Counted from the stretch's first letter, positions 1-12,321 are shown. The stretch is 64,000 bases of DNA from the human T2T-CHM13v2.0 reference genome, Homo sapiens (GCF_009914755.1 NC_060925.1); one strand, 5' to 3'. Translations and numbers: made by a program. Notes: generated by a model from the sequence alone, not told the origin.

Positions 1-539
1 GGCCAGGGTGCTGCTCACCCAGCGACCAGATCTGCAGACCCTCTTCCTGCAACCACTGCCCCCGAAGTTCAAGGAAGGGCCTAGCCACAGAAATATTCCT
101 GACCTGCAACAGAAACCAAACCAGCTACGTTAAAGGAAACCAATGCCGAGCCTCCAAGTTCCTCTGCACCACTGCCACACTCAGGAGTCCTCAGCAGCCT
201 GGACAATATCATTAGGGACCATTCGGCACCATCAGTGTTTCCATTTAAAAGATAGTAAAATGTGGGGCATAACTTGGAGGGGACACTCTCTCTGCTAGCA
301 GGGAGGCAAGAATCCCCTATAGAATAGGAGTTTGGTTTGGGTTTGGTTGGGTCAGGTTGGGGGTTGGGAAATGATTTTGCTTTAGGAATATTTTCAGGGG
401 GCTAGGATTAAGGGGGAAAAAGAAAGCTATCCCCTCTGTCTCAGCAGCCAGCATCATACGAATCTCACTCTCAACCAAGCAGGCTACTGCAGTCCGCCTA
501 AACAATCCGGAGCAGCAGCCAAGGCAGCACAAGAAAACG

Positions 540-1030
540 CCGGTGCCACGGAACGCGATGCCTAAGCCCCCCAGCCGAGGCTCCTATGGAGCCGGCCGCC
601 AGTGCGCGGGTGCAGAGCCCAGCAGAGCCTGCTGCAAGCAGCGCTGGAGCGCACGGCGCGCATAGGGTTACAGCCCCGCCGCCGCCGCCGCCGCCGCCGC
701 CTGTGATTGACGCGCGGGGGTCACTTGAGGCTCGCGCCGCTCCCCAGCACCAGGCCGAGCAGCGCGCTCAGCCCACCGGGGGCACTGGCCGCCACGCGCA
801 GCCCACCCGGCCGGCCCCTGCGTCTCGGCAGCCGGACACCTTGCCTAAGAAAGGCATACACAAAATGGAATCGCAGCTCGCTATTCTGCTTCGCGGTGCG
901 GCCTCAGGCAAAAACACAATCACAAGGTAAAATACAGCGCAAGGAATCCATCCGCCGAATAAAAACCCAGAGTCCCCTACCTTCGGCCTTGGGATGGCAA
1001 ACTGGTCCTGTGTTCTCTGACCCACGGATC
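540..1030. promoter_or_regulatory. CpG island at a promoter / start of intron 1
   Basis: Very GC-rich with dense undecayed CpG (cgcg, gccgcc) compared with the CpG-depleted rest of the window; YY1-like AAAATGG at ~862-868. Confidence 0.85.
676..701 (+). repeat. (CCG)8 trinucleotide repeat
   Basis: Uninterrupted CCG x8 plus CC read directly. Confidence 0.95.
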
Positions 1031-1490
1031 CAGCCCCTTCTTCATGAATTATTCCGGCCAGGCAGGATTTTGTGCATTTTTTTCATGAACACCTGTTTCA
1101 AGTAAGGGGTAAAGACCTTATTGAAAGAATTGTCCTTAAAAAATAACCTGTGCATACGTATGTCCATCCAGGCATGCATGCGTGTTTGTATACACACATA
1201 TGCACACGGAATAGCCATGTACATTGAAGCACCAAACTAGGCAGCTGGATAATGGGAGAGTCGGCTGGTTGTGAGCATGCTCGCGCCGGGAACAGATCCA
1301 CCCTCTGTTATTCCTCTGAATAAATATAAATCACGATCAGAAACCCAAACAGAAGCATCCCTCTTGAATTCGTGCTGCTGAAAAACACGGAATAAATTCA
1401 GCCTGCAGACACAGAATCTAATCAGCAGCTGTTTTCTGAATCCAGAGCCAACCCATGCCTCGCTTGTCTTTTCCACTAGGAGTCCAGACC
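981..1490 (-). other. HIVEP3: Putative non-coding first exon (5'UTR), probably of HIVEP3 (Schnurri-3)
   Basis: Minus-strand donor GAAG|GTAGGG at 981/980 beside the CpG island, in unique sequence. Gene identity is recalled from the position of the 1p34.2 HERV-W processed pseudogene relative to the HIVEP3 TSS and is not verified; the TSS coordinate is approximate. Confidence 0.6.
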
Positions 1491-1650
1491 TTTTTTGAAA
1501 GGGGGTTTAACCTTTTAAAGACACAGTACACCAATTATCACTTCGGAATAGCTGTCACTCCCAGCGCAGGAAGCCAGTCCCATGCCTAAAGGCACAGTAG
1601 GCTTGCACACAGTGATAAGGATTTCATTTATTGGTGCTTTTTAAAAAACA

Positions 1651-1716
1651 ACATATATGTATAATATATGTGCATATATATGCACATATATATGCACACA
1701 TATTATATATATATAC
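1651..1716. repeat. TA/TG/CA-rich microsatellite
   Basis: atatatgtataatatatgtgcatatata... alternating purine-pyrimidine tract. Confidence 0.85.
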
Positions 1717-3399
1717 GTGGAGAGAAAAAATGCAAATGCAAGTCATAAATATTTATTGCACTGATGAGCTTCTCAGTACTAATTGGCACGTTATGTAAAC
1801 ACTATGATCCTTCACTTCTGAACACCCATGTTCACGGGTCAGACGAGACAGGGCACTCTTGTCAGCAAGCGTGTCACACCTCACCAGCCTCTGGCTGCAG
1901 ATCAGGGGCCGGGGAGCCTCAACAGTGCCTGAAGGGAGTGGGGTCTCTGCACCTGAGAGCTCAACACGGGCACTCCTTGCCCTGCCCTGCCTTGCTCTGC
2001 AGTCTCAGGGTCCATGTCCACAAATCAAAGAATAGTTCTGGCACTATTTCTAAAGTCGAACATAATCCAGAGCCACATCGCATTCCAAGACATACTTTCT
2101 TTCAACCAGAATCAGGAATCAGAACTACCACCTGAACCTTAGTTAGAGTCTTTACGATTCAGACTTAGGCCCTTCTTCAAGATTTTGTTATTGAGTTCTG
2201 TTGTTTTGTTTTTCACTTTTCTTTTAAGGGTCAGCATGGAGGTATGGAGGTAGAAAAACAGGGTAGGGGGAGAGACAACCTCCAGCCTAAATTTTTTTGA
2301 AAAAAATTATTCTTCGAGTACTTCAGCCACCCAGATGGTGTTTACTGCAGTTTTGTTCTGGCTTTTAAAGAGGTAGCGCTGAGAAGAAACAAGAGTCCTA
2401 ACCTTGCTCACGTGTGTTAAGAAGGCAAATGTCTTTGACAGTTTCTTTTTCACCCCAGCCCCAGAGCTCCAGCATGGCGCTGTCTGCTCCTCCGCTGGTT
2501 CCCGCCTAAGAGCAGCGGCAGTGGCTCACCTCGGGAGCTACAGGGGCGCTCCTACAGCCGCTCCAGCATCACAGCCCATTCCCTCCCTTGCCTAGTCCTG
2601 CCAGGCAAACCGTGAAAACAAGTGCACTGTCACCCTCCCACCTCATCACAGGCGCTCCTGTGTGGACCCCTCCCAGCGACACACACACACTCTCTTCCTT
2701 CCCCTCTTCCAGGGCCCTTTGGCAGAAAATTATCATATTTCATGTGTCATCGCCCAAGCAAGCTGGGTCCATCACTGATTGGCTGGGCCCTGGCAGCCGG
2801 AAATGTCACCAGCCACACAGCGTGGAGCTGGCTCTCCCGCGGCCACCACAGACCTGAGCCCAGGAGGCTCTGTGACAAGGCACAGACCTACCACAGAGAG
2901 CCTGTCACTCTCTCCCTGGTCCAGCCCCTGCCCCCTGCTTCTCCATCTACCCAGCCCCCCGGGGAATAGGGGCTGCGAGGGGATGGTGAAGGAGTCTCAG
3001 TGACATTCCTATTTTCCCAGCATGTTTGAGAAGAAACTAAAGATGTCTCCAATCAGGTTTATAAATTTGGAGAACTTGTTTTTGACAAAAACATTCTGTC
3101 TTCACACTAAAAAAAAATCAGTAAGACTGGGTGAAAACAAGATGGTTTTTTTTTTTTTGTTTTGTTTTTTACCCCAGGAGAGTTTACTAGATGCTGCTGT
3201 TTATTTCCCATCTAACATCTCAGGCACCAAGGTATAATCATGTCACAGGGCTGTCCGATAATTCAGAAGGTGATTCGAGTCCATCCTCTTACCTTTAAAG
3301 AGAACAGCTCCAGAAAATGAGGCTTTGTAACTTGGCTTTGCAATGTATCATGATGCCACACAACTTTTTAAGGGTTAAATGATCTTTGTAGTGACCAAC

Positions 3400-3570
3400 A
3401 TGAATCACTTCAGCTGTAATTTAATCTTAGTCCCTCCTGCTGTATCTTCAGCAGGCTTAGTGTGACTCACCATTTAAGTCTCACCTTATTCTGTTCTCCT
3501 GAGTAAACTAAACTCTATCTCTCTGTCCTTTTCAGTAAAAGTTTTTCTCAACCCTTTAATTATGCTGCTT
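3400..3570 (-). mobile_element. L3/CR1 LINE fragment
   Basis: Minus strand attaaagggttgagaaaa...tttagtttactcaggagaacagaataaggtgagactta resembles the CR1 ORF2 C-terminal IKGL...FSLEKRRLRGDL motif. Confidence 0.5.
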
Positions 3571-3831
3571 TAAAGAAAAAGCCTCCCAGAGTTACATGAG
3601 TCTGGAAGGTCATTTGGTCCATCTATCCATATGATGTGTCAGAACTCTCCACTATTTCCATACGGGGGCTTTTGGTTTGGGGAATGGTAAATTCACTGGC
3701 AATGCTGGGAACCAGGGAAAGATGCCATCAATAAAGCAGACATTTTGAATAATATGGGAAGATACAAAGTAGATGGGACATGGGAGGAAAAACTAATTAG
3801 TACTGATAAACTCATGATTCTGCAAAGACCC

Positions 3832-4195
3832 TGATATGGTTTGGCTGTGTCCCCACCCAAATCTCATCTTGAATTGTAGTTCCCATAATCCCCACATGTC
3901 ATGGGAAGGACCTGGTGGGAGGTAATTGAATCATGGAGGCAGGTTTTTCTCATGCTGTTCTTGTGATAGTGAATAAGTCTCATGAGATCTGATGGTTTTA
4001 TAAAGGGTAGTTCCCTTGCACACGCTCTCTTGCCTGCCACCATGTAAGATGTGCCTCTGCTCCTCCTTCACCTCTGCCATGATTGTGTGGCTTCTCCAGC
4101 CATGTGGAACTGTGAGTCCATTAAACCTCTTTTTCTTTATAAATTGCCTGGTCTCAGGTATGTCTTTATTAGCAGTGTGAGAACCGACTAATACA
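3832..4195 (+). mobile_element. THE1-family (ERVL-MaLR) solo LTR
   Basis: Starts TGATATGGTTTGGCTGTGTCCCCACCCAAATCTC, ends GACTAATACA; 5-bp TSD GACCC at 3827-3831 and 4196-4200. Confidence 0.93.
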
Positions 4196-4549
4196 GACCC
4201 CTAAGAAGTAACTGTACAGGTTTCCAGAAAACAGTCTTGGAAAATCCCAAACTCAGAGAATCAGGATTGGAGGAGAATCATAGGCAGCAGTTTAAAGGCA
4301 AATTAAGGGACATCAGGAACATGGTCAGTTTCTCCACACAGAATGGCTGGACACAGAAATAGGTCCACAGCTTCTTTGGAAAGTGAGAGGTTTGTTCCAA
4401 ATATAATAGAAGCCAAAGGTTGAATAGGGGCAGGATATCAGCTCCTTTTGAAATGCCACTGCTCTTCCCCAAAAAGTGCGCACACACACACACCACACAC
4501 ACACACACCACATGCACACAAAAGAGATTTAAAAAATCAGATAAAATAT

Positions 4550-5860
4550 AAGATATAACAGAGAGATCCAGAATATCCAATCAATATTAGCCTAATAGGA
4601 GTTCCAGATGGAGGCATCATTAATGAAGAAGAAATCAATAATCAAGGAAATAACAGAAGAACATTTCCTTAACCTGAAGAAAGTCTTTAGGCCTTAGATC
4701 AAATGCTGTGCTAGGCAGCAGGACTACTGAAAGAATACACACTTCCAGATGTACTCTGATACTCCAAGAGCAAAGACAAACAATGACAAGCTTCCTCATA
4801 AAGGAGAAAAATCAGGTTGCTTAAAAGGAAAGAAAATCAGACTAATACCATACTTCTCATCTGTAACACTATGCTAAAAGACACTGGTATAATTTCTGTA
4901 GAATTCTAAGGGAACATTATTACAATTTAAGAATTCTACCAGCTGCCAAACTATAATTTCTCTTATGCAATGAAAAAGAAAGGTATGTTCAAAGACACAG
5001 AAATTATATCACCCAAACACCCTTTATTAAAAAAAATTTAAGGTTACTTGAAGATCTCTTCCAGCTGAGGAACAAATAAGGCAGGATAACAAATTCAAGA
5101 AAGGAGAAGATATGTTATATAAAAAATGTAATGAATAAAGCCAACAAAATATGTGGTCAAATATAAAAATAATTGAGAATATAGTTGTAAAATTTAATTG
5201 TTAGAAGTCTTGAAAGATAAGAGTATAAGTACATTTATTCCAGATTTGAATTCACATCTATATCTATCTCTTACATATATGTGTCTGGAATTAAACTTCC
5301 ATATAATTATAACAAAAAAATAGAAAATCTCAATGGAAACAGGTAAAAATCACTAAAAAAGGAAGAAGGAAGGAGGGAGGGAAGGAAGGAAGGAAGGAAA
5401 GGAAGGAAGGGAAGAGAGAGATAAAGAAAAGGAAAGAAAGAGAGGATTGTTATGGCAGGCCAATAATTCCATCTGTTTCCTCTTCTTCCCAAGACCACAT
5501 TAAAATGAAAATAAGGATTTTTTTTAGGTTGAAATAGATGATGACAAAACAAAAACAGTAAAAGAGTCATTGATCAAAAAAATTCACAAAGAATAATAAA
5601 GGAGGACAATTCATCAGTTAGAAATATATACTTTAATGCTACAGTAAACAAAATGGTATAGTACAAATAAAGAAGCCTACAAAGTGGATTGATGGAAGTC
5701 AAGAAACAAATTTAGCTATAATGGTTACTACATGGTAGTTAAGTAATAAAAACTGAATTTTAAATCAGTGGAGGAAAGAATGTGTTATTCAATAAATAGT
5801 GTTGGACTGTGGCTATGTATTTGAAAAAATATAAGTTTTACCTCTAACTGATATCTTGTT
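4550..5860 (+). mobile_element. Ancient L1M fragments (ORF1-like, then ORF2-like)
   Basis: A-rich; ataggagttccaga, gaagaacatttcct, aagaattcta..cagc..aaacta and attcaataaatagtgttgg match decayed L1 motifs. Confidence 0.55.
5360..5445 (+). repeat. (GGAA)n/GA-rich low-complexity tract
   Basis: ggaagaaggaaggagggagggaaggaagg... read directly. Confidence 0.9.
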
Positions 5861-5880
5861 AAAAATATATTCTATTTTCA

Positions 5881-6380
5881 TATAGGAAATTCTGCCATTT
5901 GTGAAAACACGGATAAACCTAGAGGACATTATGTTAAGTGAATTAAGCCAGGCACAGAGAAACAAATACTGTGTGAGCTTACTTATAAGTGGGATCTTAA
6001 AAAGTCAAACTCATAGGAGTAGAGAGTAGAATGGTGGTACCAGAGGCTGGAGGAGGTGGCGGGGGGAAGGGAAAGGAGCAACATTGGCCAATGGGAACAA
6101 AGTTTCAGTTATATAGGAGGAATAAGTTCTGGTGCCCTACTGTACAGCATGGTGACTACAGTTAATAATAATAATGTCCTGTATATTTCAAAATAGCTAA
6201 AAGAGAAGATTTTAAACGTTCTCACCACAAAGAAAGGGTAAATATGAGGTGATTAATATGCTAATTAGCCTGATTTGGTCATTCCATAATGTACACTATG
6301 CATATATTGATACATCACATTGTACCCATAAATATATACAAGTGTTATCTGTCAATTAAAAATAAAATAAGGCTTTAAAA
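5881..6380 (+). mobile_element. L1MA-type 3' end, 5'-truncated
   Basis: gaaattctgccatttg...gaggacattatgttaagtgaa...tcaattaaaaataaaa; 14-bp TSD ATATTCTATTTTCA at 5867-5880 and 6381-6394. Confidence 0.85.
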
Positions 6381-6530
6381 ATATTCTATTTTCACATACA
6401 CAAAAATTCCACAAGGGAAAGATAGGTGTTATGATTGACCAATACTGTAAATCATAGAATTCTATGAAGTTTTTTTTTCTAATAGTGGAAAGAAAAGCAT
6501 GTGGTCATCCAGTCTATGCTTAGATACCAT

Positions 6531-6960
6531 TGTGATAGGCTAATTACTGGCCCCCAAAGATATCTACCCCCTAATCCCTAGAAACTGAATTTCACCTTAT
6601 ATGGCAAAAGATGTGACTACGTTAATGATCTTGAGATGAGGAGAGATCCTGGATTATCCAGGAGGGCCCTAAATGAAATCACAAGTATCCTTATAGGACT
6701 GACGTAGGAGACGGGCTAGAGGGCAACGTGACTACAGCGGCTGAGATTGGAGTGATGCAGCCACAAGCCAAGGAATGCCAGAGGCCACCAGGAGCAGAAA
6801 GAGGTAGGAATGGATTCTCCCCTGAGCCTCCGGAGGGAGCATAGCCCTATCAATACCTTGATTTTGGATTTCTGGCCTCTAAAACTGTAAGCAGAGAAAT
6901 GGGTTATTTTAAATAACTGAGTTTGTGGTCATTTGTTATGGCAGCCATAGAAAACTACAA
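6531..6960 (+). mobile_element. MLT1D-like MaLR LTR
   Basis: tgtgataggctaattactggcccccaaagat...gccacaagccaaggaatgcc...atttgttatggcagccatagaaaact. Confidence 0.8.
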
Positions 6961-7094
6961 CCACCATGATGAGAAACATAGTACTTCCTAGGGACTATCA
7001 TTATTATTATTGCCAACAACAATACTTACTATGTACCTGGTGCTGCTAAATTATTTATATATCTTACCTCACAAGTCACATGCAAGGAGATGGT

Positions 7095-7300
7095 AGAGAG
7101 TTGGAGTTGTTACGGCCCTACCACTTAGTAGCAAAATGTCCTTGGGCAAGTTATATAACCTCCTAACACTGACTTTTTCTCATCTATTAAGTAGAGGTAA
7201 GAAAGGTACCTACCCACTGGGGTTGTTGACGATAAAGTGAGACCATCTATGTAGAGTGCTTAGAACAATGCCTGGGAATAAAGGTTCCATAAATGATAAG
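7095..7300 (+). mobile_element. MIR SINE
   Basis: MIR core ccttgggcaagttatataacctc...tctcatctattaa...agtgcttagaacaatgcctgg. Confidence 0.75.
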
Positions 7301-7615
7301 TGATCATGAGAATGTCCTTATGCAGCTGTAGTCTCTGTTCCAGAGCTTTTTCTCACTGATTTTTGTTCTTCTCTTTGGGTACATACAAAACAAGGGTATC
7401 TCCAAACCACCTGAATGTCCTTCAAATATCTGAAGCCATTGATCAGGTCATTAAGAGTCTGAGCTTCTCTAGGCTAAAAGTAACCAATGCCTCCAATCAT
7501 TATTGTTCTTAGAAATTCACCTGGAGTCCCTTCCCTAACTTGGTCACCTCCCCTGAACACATTCTTGTGCATCATAAGATGTGACTCCAGACTCACCACC
7601 ATGCTTGTTCTAGAA

Positions 7616-8248
7616 CAGAGGTCTGCAAACTACAGCCCTTCGTGCAGGCTAATTTTTACAGCCCATAAGCCAAGAATGGATCTGACATTTTTAAAGGATT
7701 GTAAAAACAAAACAAAACAAACAAAAAACAGAAAAGAATGTATGACAGAGACTATACGTGGCTTGCAAAGCCTAAAATACAACTGACCCTGAACAACTCA
7801 GGGGTTGGGGCTCTGACTTTTCATGCAGTCAAAAATTCATGTATAACTTTTGACTCCCCCAAAACTTAACTGCTAATAGCCTATTGCTACTGGAAGCCTT
7901 AGTGATACCATAAACAGTCAACACATATTTTGTACATTATATGTATTATATATTGTATACTGACAAGTAAGCTAGAGCAAAGAAAATATTAAGAAAAATC
8001 ATAAGAGAAAACATATTTAATGTTTATTAAGTGGAAGTGAATCATCATAAAGGTCTTCATCCTTGTGGTCTTCACATTGAGTAGGCTGAGGAGGAGGAAG
8101 AAGAGGAAGAGTTGGTCTTGGTATCTCAGGGGTGGCAGAGGCATAAGAAAATCTGCATATAGTGGACCCGTACAGTTCAAGCTCATGTTGTTCAAGGGTC
8201 AAGTGTATTCACTATCTGGTCCTTTCAGCAAAAGCTTGCCAACTCCTG
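7616..8248 (+). mobile_element. MER58-type hAT-Charlie MITE, split by Tigger2a
   Basis: Termini cagaggtctgcaaactacagccc ... aagcttgccaactcctg; degenerate 8-bp TSD ttctagaa/ttctggca. Confidence 0.75.
7780..8205 (-). mobile_element. Tigger2a/MER28-like TcMar element
   Basis: TIRs caactgaccctgaacaac / gttgttcaagggtcaagtg flanked by TA target duplication. Confidence 0.85.
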
Positions 8249-8349
8249 TTCTGGCAGATACTGTTCTTTTATCAATGCAATAGAATATTGCCCAAAACTT
8301 TTTGGCAATCAAATTGCATGACTGTACATACTGTCTTAACTGTAAGGCT

Positions 8350-8781
8350 GCAAATGTTTCTGTCAGTATCTATTCCCCTCTCCCCTTCTTAGTAATAAAA
8401 TTCTTAGCTAGGAACATGGCTACCCAGCCAAAGACTACATTTCCCAGCCTGTCTTATAGGAAGGTGTGGCCAGAAGAACAGGTTCTAGCCAATGGGATGT
8501 AAACAGATGTGAAATGTATAATTTCCCAGCCATACTCTTAAAGGGAAGGATCATGCTTCCCTTCCTTTTTCCTTTTGCCATTGGCTGAAATGTGGACCTG
8601 ATAGCCATGTGGATGAGTGGTGCAGAGCAACGAGATAGAAGGATCCTATCCCTGGTGCTGCCATTTCACCCTATACTGTTTATTCTCAATCTGTGAGAGG
8701 GAAATAATTGTTTAGCTTATTGAAGTCATTGTTCTATTAGGTCTTTGTGACAGCAACTGTATCTGTGCCCTAAGCCATACA
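8350..8781 (+). mobile_element. Old MLT1 (I/J/K-like) or related ERVL LTR
   Basis: aaagactacatttcccagcc...ttctagccaatgggatgtaa motif. Confidence 0.55.
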
Positions 8782-10347
8782 ACTATCATTTTCAACTCCC
8801 TCGTACTTTTTATATTTGCAGCTACCAAGCCACACACCTCCCCTGACCTGCACTCACACAGTTAATTTCCTGGACCCCACTACAAGACCTTACATTTAGC
8901 CCTATTATGTTTCATATTATTCGAATCAGCCCATCATTTTGCCCTGACATCTGGGATCTAATTCTGTCACTCAAACTAGCTTCTATCCTTTGTAATTTCA
9001 CATCATTCTTCAAAAGGCACTTTATTTGTGGCACTCAAGCTAAACACAGTGCTCATCAAAACACCTGATCAATATTAAGTATAATGCAGTGGGGAGGCTA
9101 TGACCTCAGTTTGTAGGGGAAGGAAATAGCAGATCAAAATAAGGTCCAAATGAAGTAGAAGGAGGAAAGGAAGGAGATGAGCAGTTATGGAGAGCTTACT
9201 ATGTTCCAGTCACTGTGCTGGGAACTTCCCCCATCGTGAAGTTTTAGTGCCTTAAGTACCCCTATTAGTGCCTTAAGTGGAATAGTCATAAATTTGTGAA
9301 CAAAGAAAGGAATATTAAGAGAAATTTTTAAAGTATGTTAGCTAAAGTTTCTTGCAGCCTGAAGGTCCTACTTGAGGTTGTGTATCAAAAACCCTATGGA
9401 GTTTTAGGGAAAATATGGATGCTTCCAAGTTGCTACAGGAGGGTCTTGGCATATGTATATCTTTAAGGCTCCATGGCTAACTCTGACAACCCTGATAAGC
9501 CACTGTGAGTTTCAGCTTTCTAGCACACTAGAAAGTTTGAGGCAGAGACTCTGCTCAGCTACCAGCTCCTGGAGTCTGACTCAGCTTTCTGTCTCAGGCG
9601 AGGATGTAGCCTTGTCAGGCTGTTTGGGTTCAAGAACCAGGAGAGTCTGATGTTGGTAAGAATTCCCTTCTAGGAAGTATTAAGCAAAGTGATTGGAGTA
9701 TTTCCCTGAGTCTTGTAAGCTTCTAGTACAAAAGGAGTGTGGTGTAGCACAAATGAGTTTCTCTGATCTGGTGAGATCCTCCTTTGGGTACCCATTTGAC
9801 ATCTCCCAATTGGGCACCCTTGGGAGCCACCCAATCCTGCACTGAGACAGGCCACCTGGCTCCTGGTCAGTTTGTGTACTCTGGCTAAACAAACTCTGTA
9901 TGTGTGTTTTGGGGGTGGGGTGGAGTTCTCTTGTGGCAACCCATAGACTACCCAAAAATGCTGCAAGACAAACATACCAAAGTCATCAAAAAGTCATTAA
10001 AGTCATGACTAGAGAATAGTGAATAAACACCCCAAATCACATGTAATTTATTACATTCACCTAGGGTAAAAAACTTATGTGCCTTCAGGGCCAATCAAAT
10101 AACGTAAGTGTGCAAAGTAGCTTGGCATAAGCAAAAGAGAACTGGAGTGTTCATGCCTCTCTACATATCTACCTTTTAAAAATGAAAAAGCTGAAAGCTG
10201 TGTAGCTAAAAACAATTGGAATCAGAAGATGGACCACCAGTTTGCAACCCTTCTCCCCGATAATCACAGTCCACAAAAGCAAGGAGAAAAAAAACTTCAT
10301 ACCTCTCTTAGAAGGATAAAAGAATTATCTTTTAAAAACGGCTTGTA

Positions 10348-10696
<349 letters not shown>

Positions 10697-11431
10697 TTAA
10701 ATAATATCCCTAAAAATAGGATGTCTTTAAATGAGTTGGGTCAGATGACCCTATTACAGTAATTCTCAAATTATAGTCCAAAGACTACAGTGGGTTACAG
10801 GAGTGCCCAGGTGGTATGCAAAATGTTCTTCCACAAGTCTCACTCACAGTCTAAAGTGTCCCTTATAGCACAGAGGATTCTTCATTTATTTCTTTCAGGG
10901 CTACTTCATCAGATGCTCTCCCTACTTTTTTTCTTTTTATTTTGAAATAATTTTAGACTTATAGAGGAATTGTAAAGATTGTACAAGTTCCCATACACCC
11001 TTTACCCAGTTTTCACTAACAGAAACATCTTACATAACCATAGTACAATTATTAAAACTAGGAAATTGAGATTGGTACAATAGTATTAATTGACCTACAG
11101 AATTTTCTCTAATGTTACCAGTTTTTCCACTGATGTCCTTTTTCATTCCAGGATTCAATTCAGGATCCCACATTGCATTTAGTTGACATTTCTCCTTGGT
11201 CTCCTCTGTTCTGTGACTATTCCTCAGTCTTTCCTTGTCTTTCTTGCCCTTGACCCTTTTGAAGAGTACTTGGCAGGTATTTTGTAGACAGTCCCTCAAT
11301 TTGGGTTTGTCTGATGTTTTTTCGTGATTAAACTGGGATTGTGGAGTTTTGGCAAGAATGCCACAGAAATGATGCACCCTTCTCAGTGCATCAAACTGGG
11401 GAAGGGAGACATGCTGTTAATATGTCTTACT

Positions 11432-11500
11432 GGCTGGGTGAGGTGGCTCACATCTGTAATCCCAGAACTTTGGGAGGCTGAGGCAGGAGGATTGCTTGAG
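11432..11500 (+). mobile_element. Alu/FLAM left-arm fragment
   Basis: ggctgggtgaggtggctcacatctgtaatcccagaactttgggaggctgaggcaggaggattgcttgagc, with no tail. Confidence 0.85.
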
Positions 11501-12264
11501 CAACTTAGTGAGACCTCACATTATCCCTTGGTTAAGGTGGTATCTGCCAGGTTTCTCCAATATGAAATTACTATTTTTCCCTTTGCAATTGATAAATATT
11601 GGGAGTCTCAAATACTTTGAGACTATGCACACACCATGTTTCTCAAACTTATACCCATTAGTTTAACAGCTATCAGGTGAACTGTCTGCAGCAACTATGA
11701 CTGCAGTGTTCTAGGGGTGATTTTCTATTTCCTCCACTTCTCTCTATTTATTCACTGGAATTCTTCTGGTAAGGAAAAACTGTCCTTTTTCCCCATCAAA
11801 TAATCAGTGTATTCAACTTTTATTTTTATCAAAACAGACTCATGGATAGTTATTTTATTCCTTCAGTTATAACCCAATATATCCTTACTTATTTTTTTGA
11901 CCTAAATTGTTCCAGCTTTGGCCAATAAGAGCTTTTTCAGGTTGGTTCCTGTACTCTGCATATTCCCATTGTTGTTGTTGTTGTTCAGCACTTTCTTACT
12001 TTCTAGCACCAGAAGATGCTCCAGGCTCATCTTGTAGTTTGCCTACCCAGTCCTGGAGCCTATGTTTCCAAGAAGTCCTGGCTCCTTTTATTAAATAATA
12101 GCATTTAGAGACCAAGATTGGGGAACCTGATGTGCTCACTGCTACTGGGATGTCAGTGCTTTTAGTGCTACAGTGCTACAGGCCATCTCAGTAGACAGAG
12201 CTAGGAAACATATGTATGTATATTTATCCATGAATACACACCTATATTTCCGTATCTATCAGTG

Positions 12265-12290
12265 TATATGTGTGAGTGTGTGTATATGTG

Positions 12291-12321
<31 letters not shown>

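Larger units (their letters stand above)
7320..9000 (-). mobile_element. L3/CR1 LINE, interrupted by later insertions
   Basis: Minus strand at ~8885-8935 translates as WADSNNMKHNRAKCKVL; ~7420-7475 resembles SLEK.RL..DLI..F.YLK. Both are CR1 ORF2 motifs and lie in collinear order. Confidence 0.7.

Noticed and set aside
586-930. 114-aa Pro/Ala-rich + strand ORF (and overlapping 707..1105)
   Set aside because: Stop-poor CpG-island sequence; the poly-Pro comes from the CCG repeat; no recognisable domain.
920-1110. + strand donor-like motifs (AAG|GTAAAA at 927, CAA|GTAAGG at 1101) suggesting an antisense lncRNA
   Set aside because: Motifs alone are weak evidence; no acceptor or exon chain could be identified.
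9244-9278. 14-bp direct repeat TTAGTGCCTTAAGT with 7-bp spacer
   Set aside because: Only two copies; ordinary micro-duplication, not an array or CRISPR-like structure.
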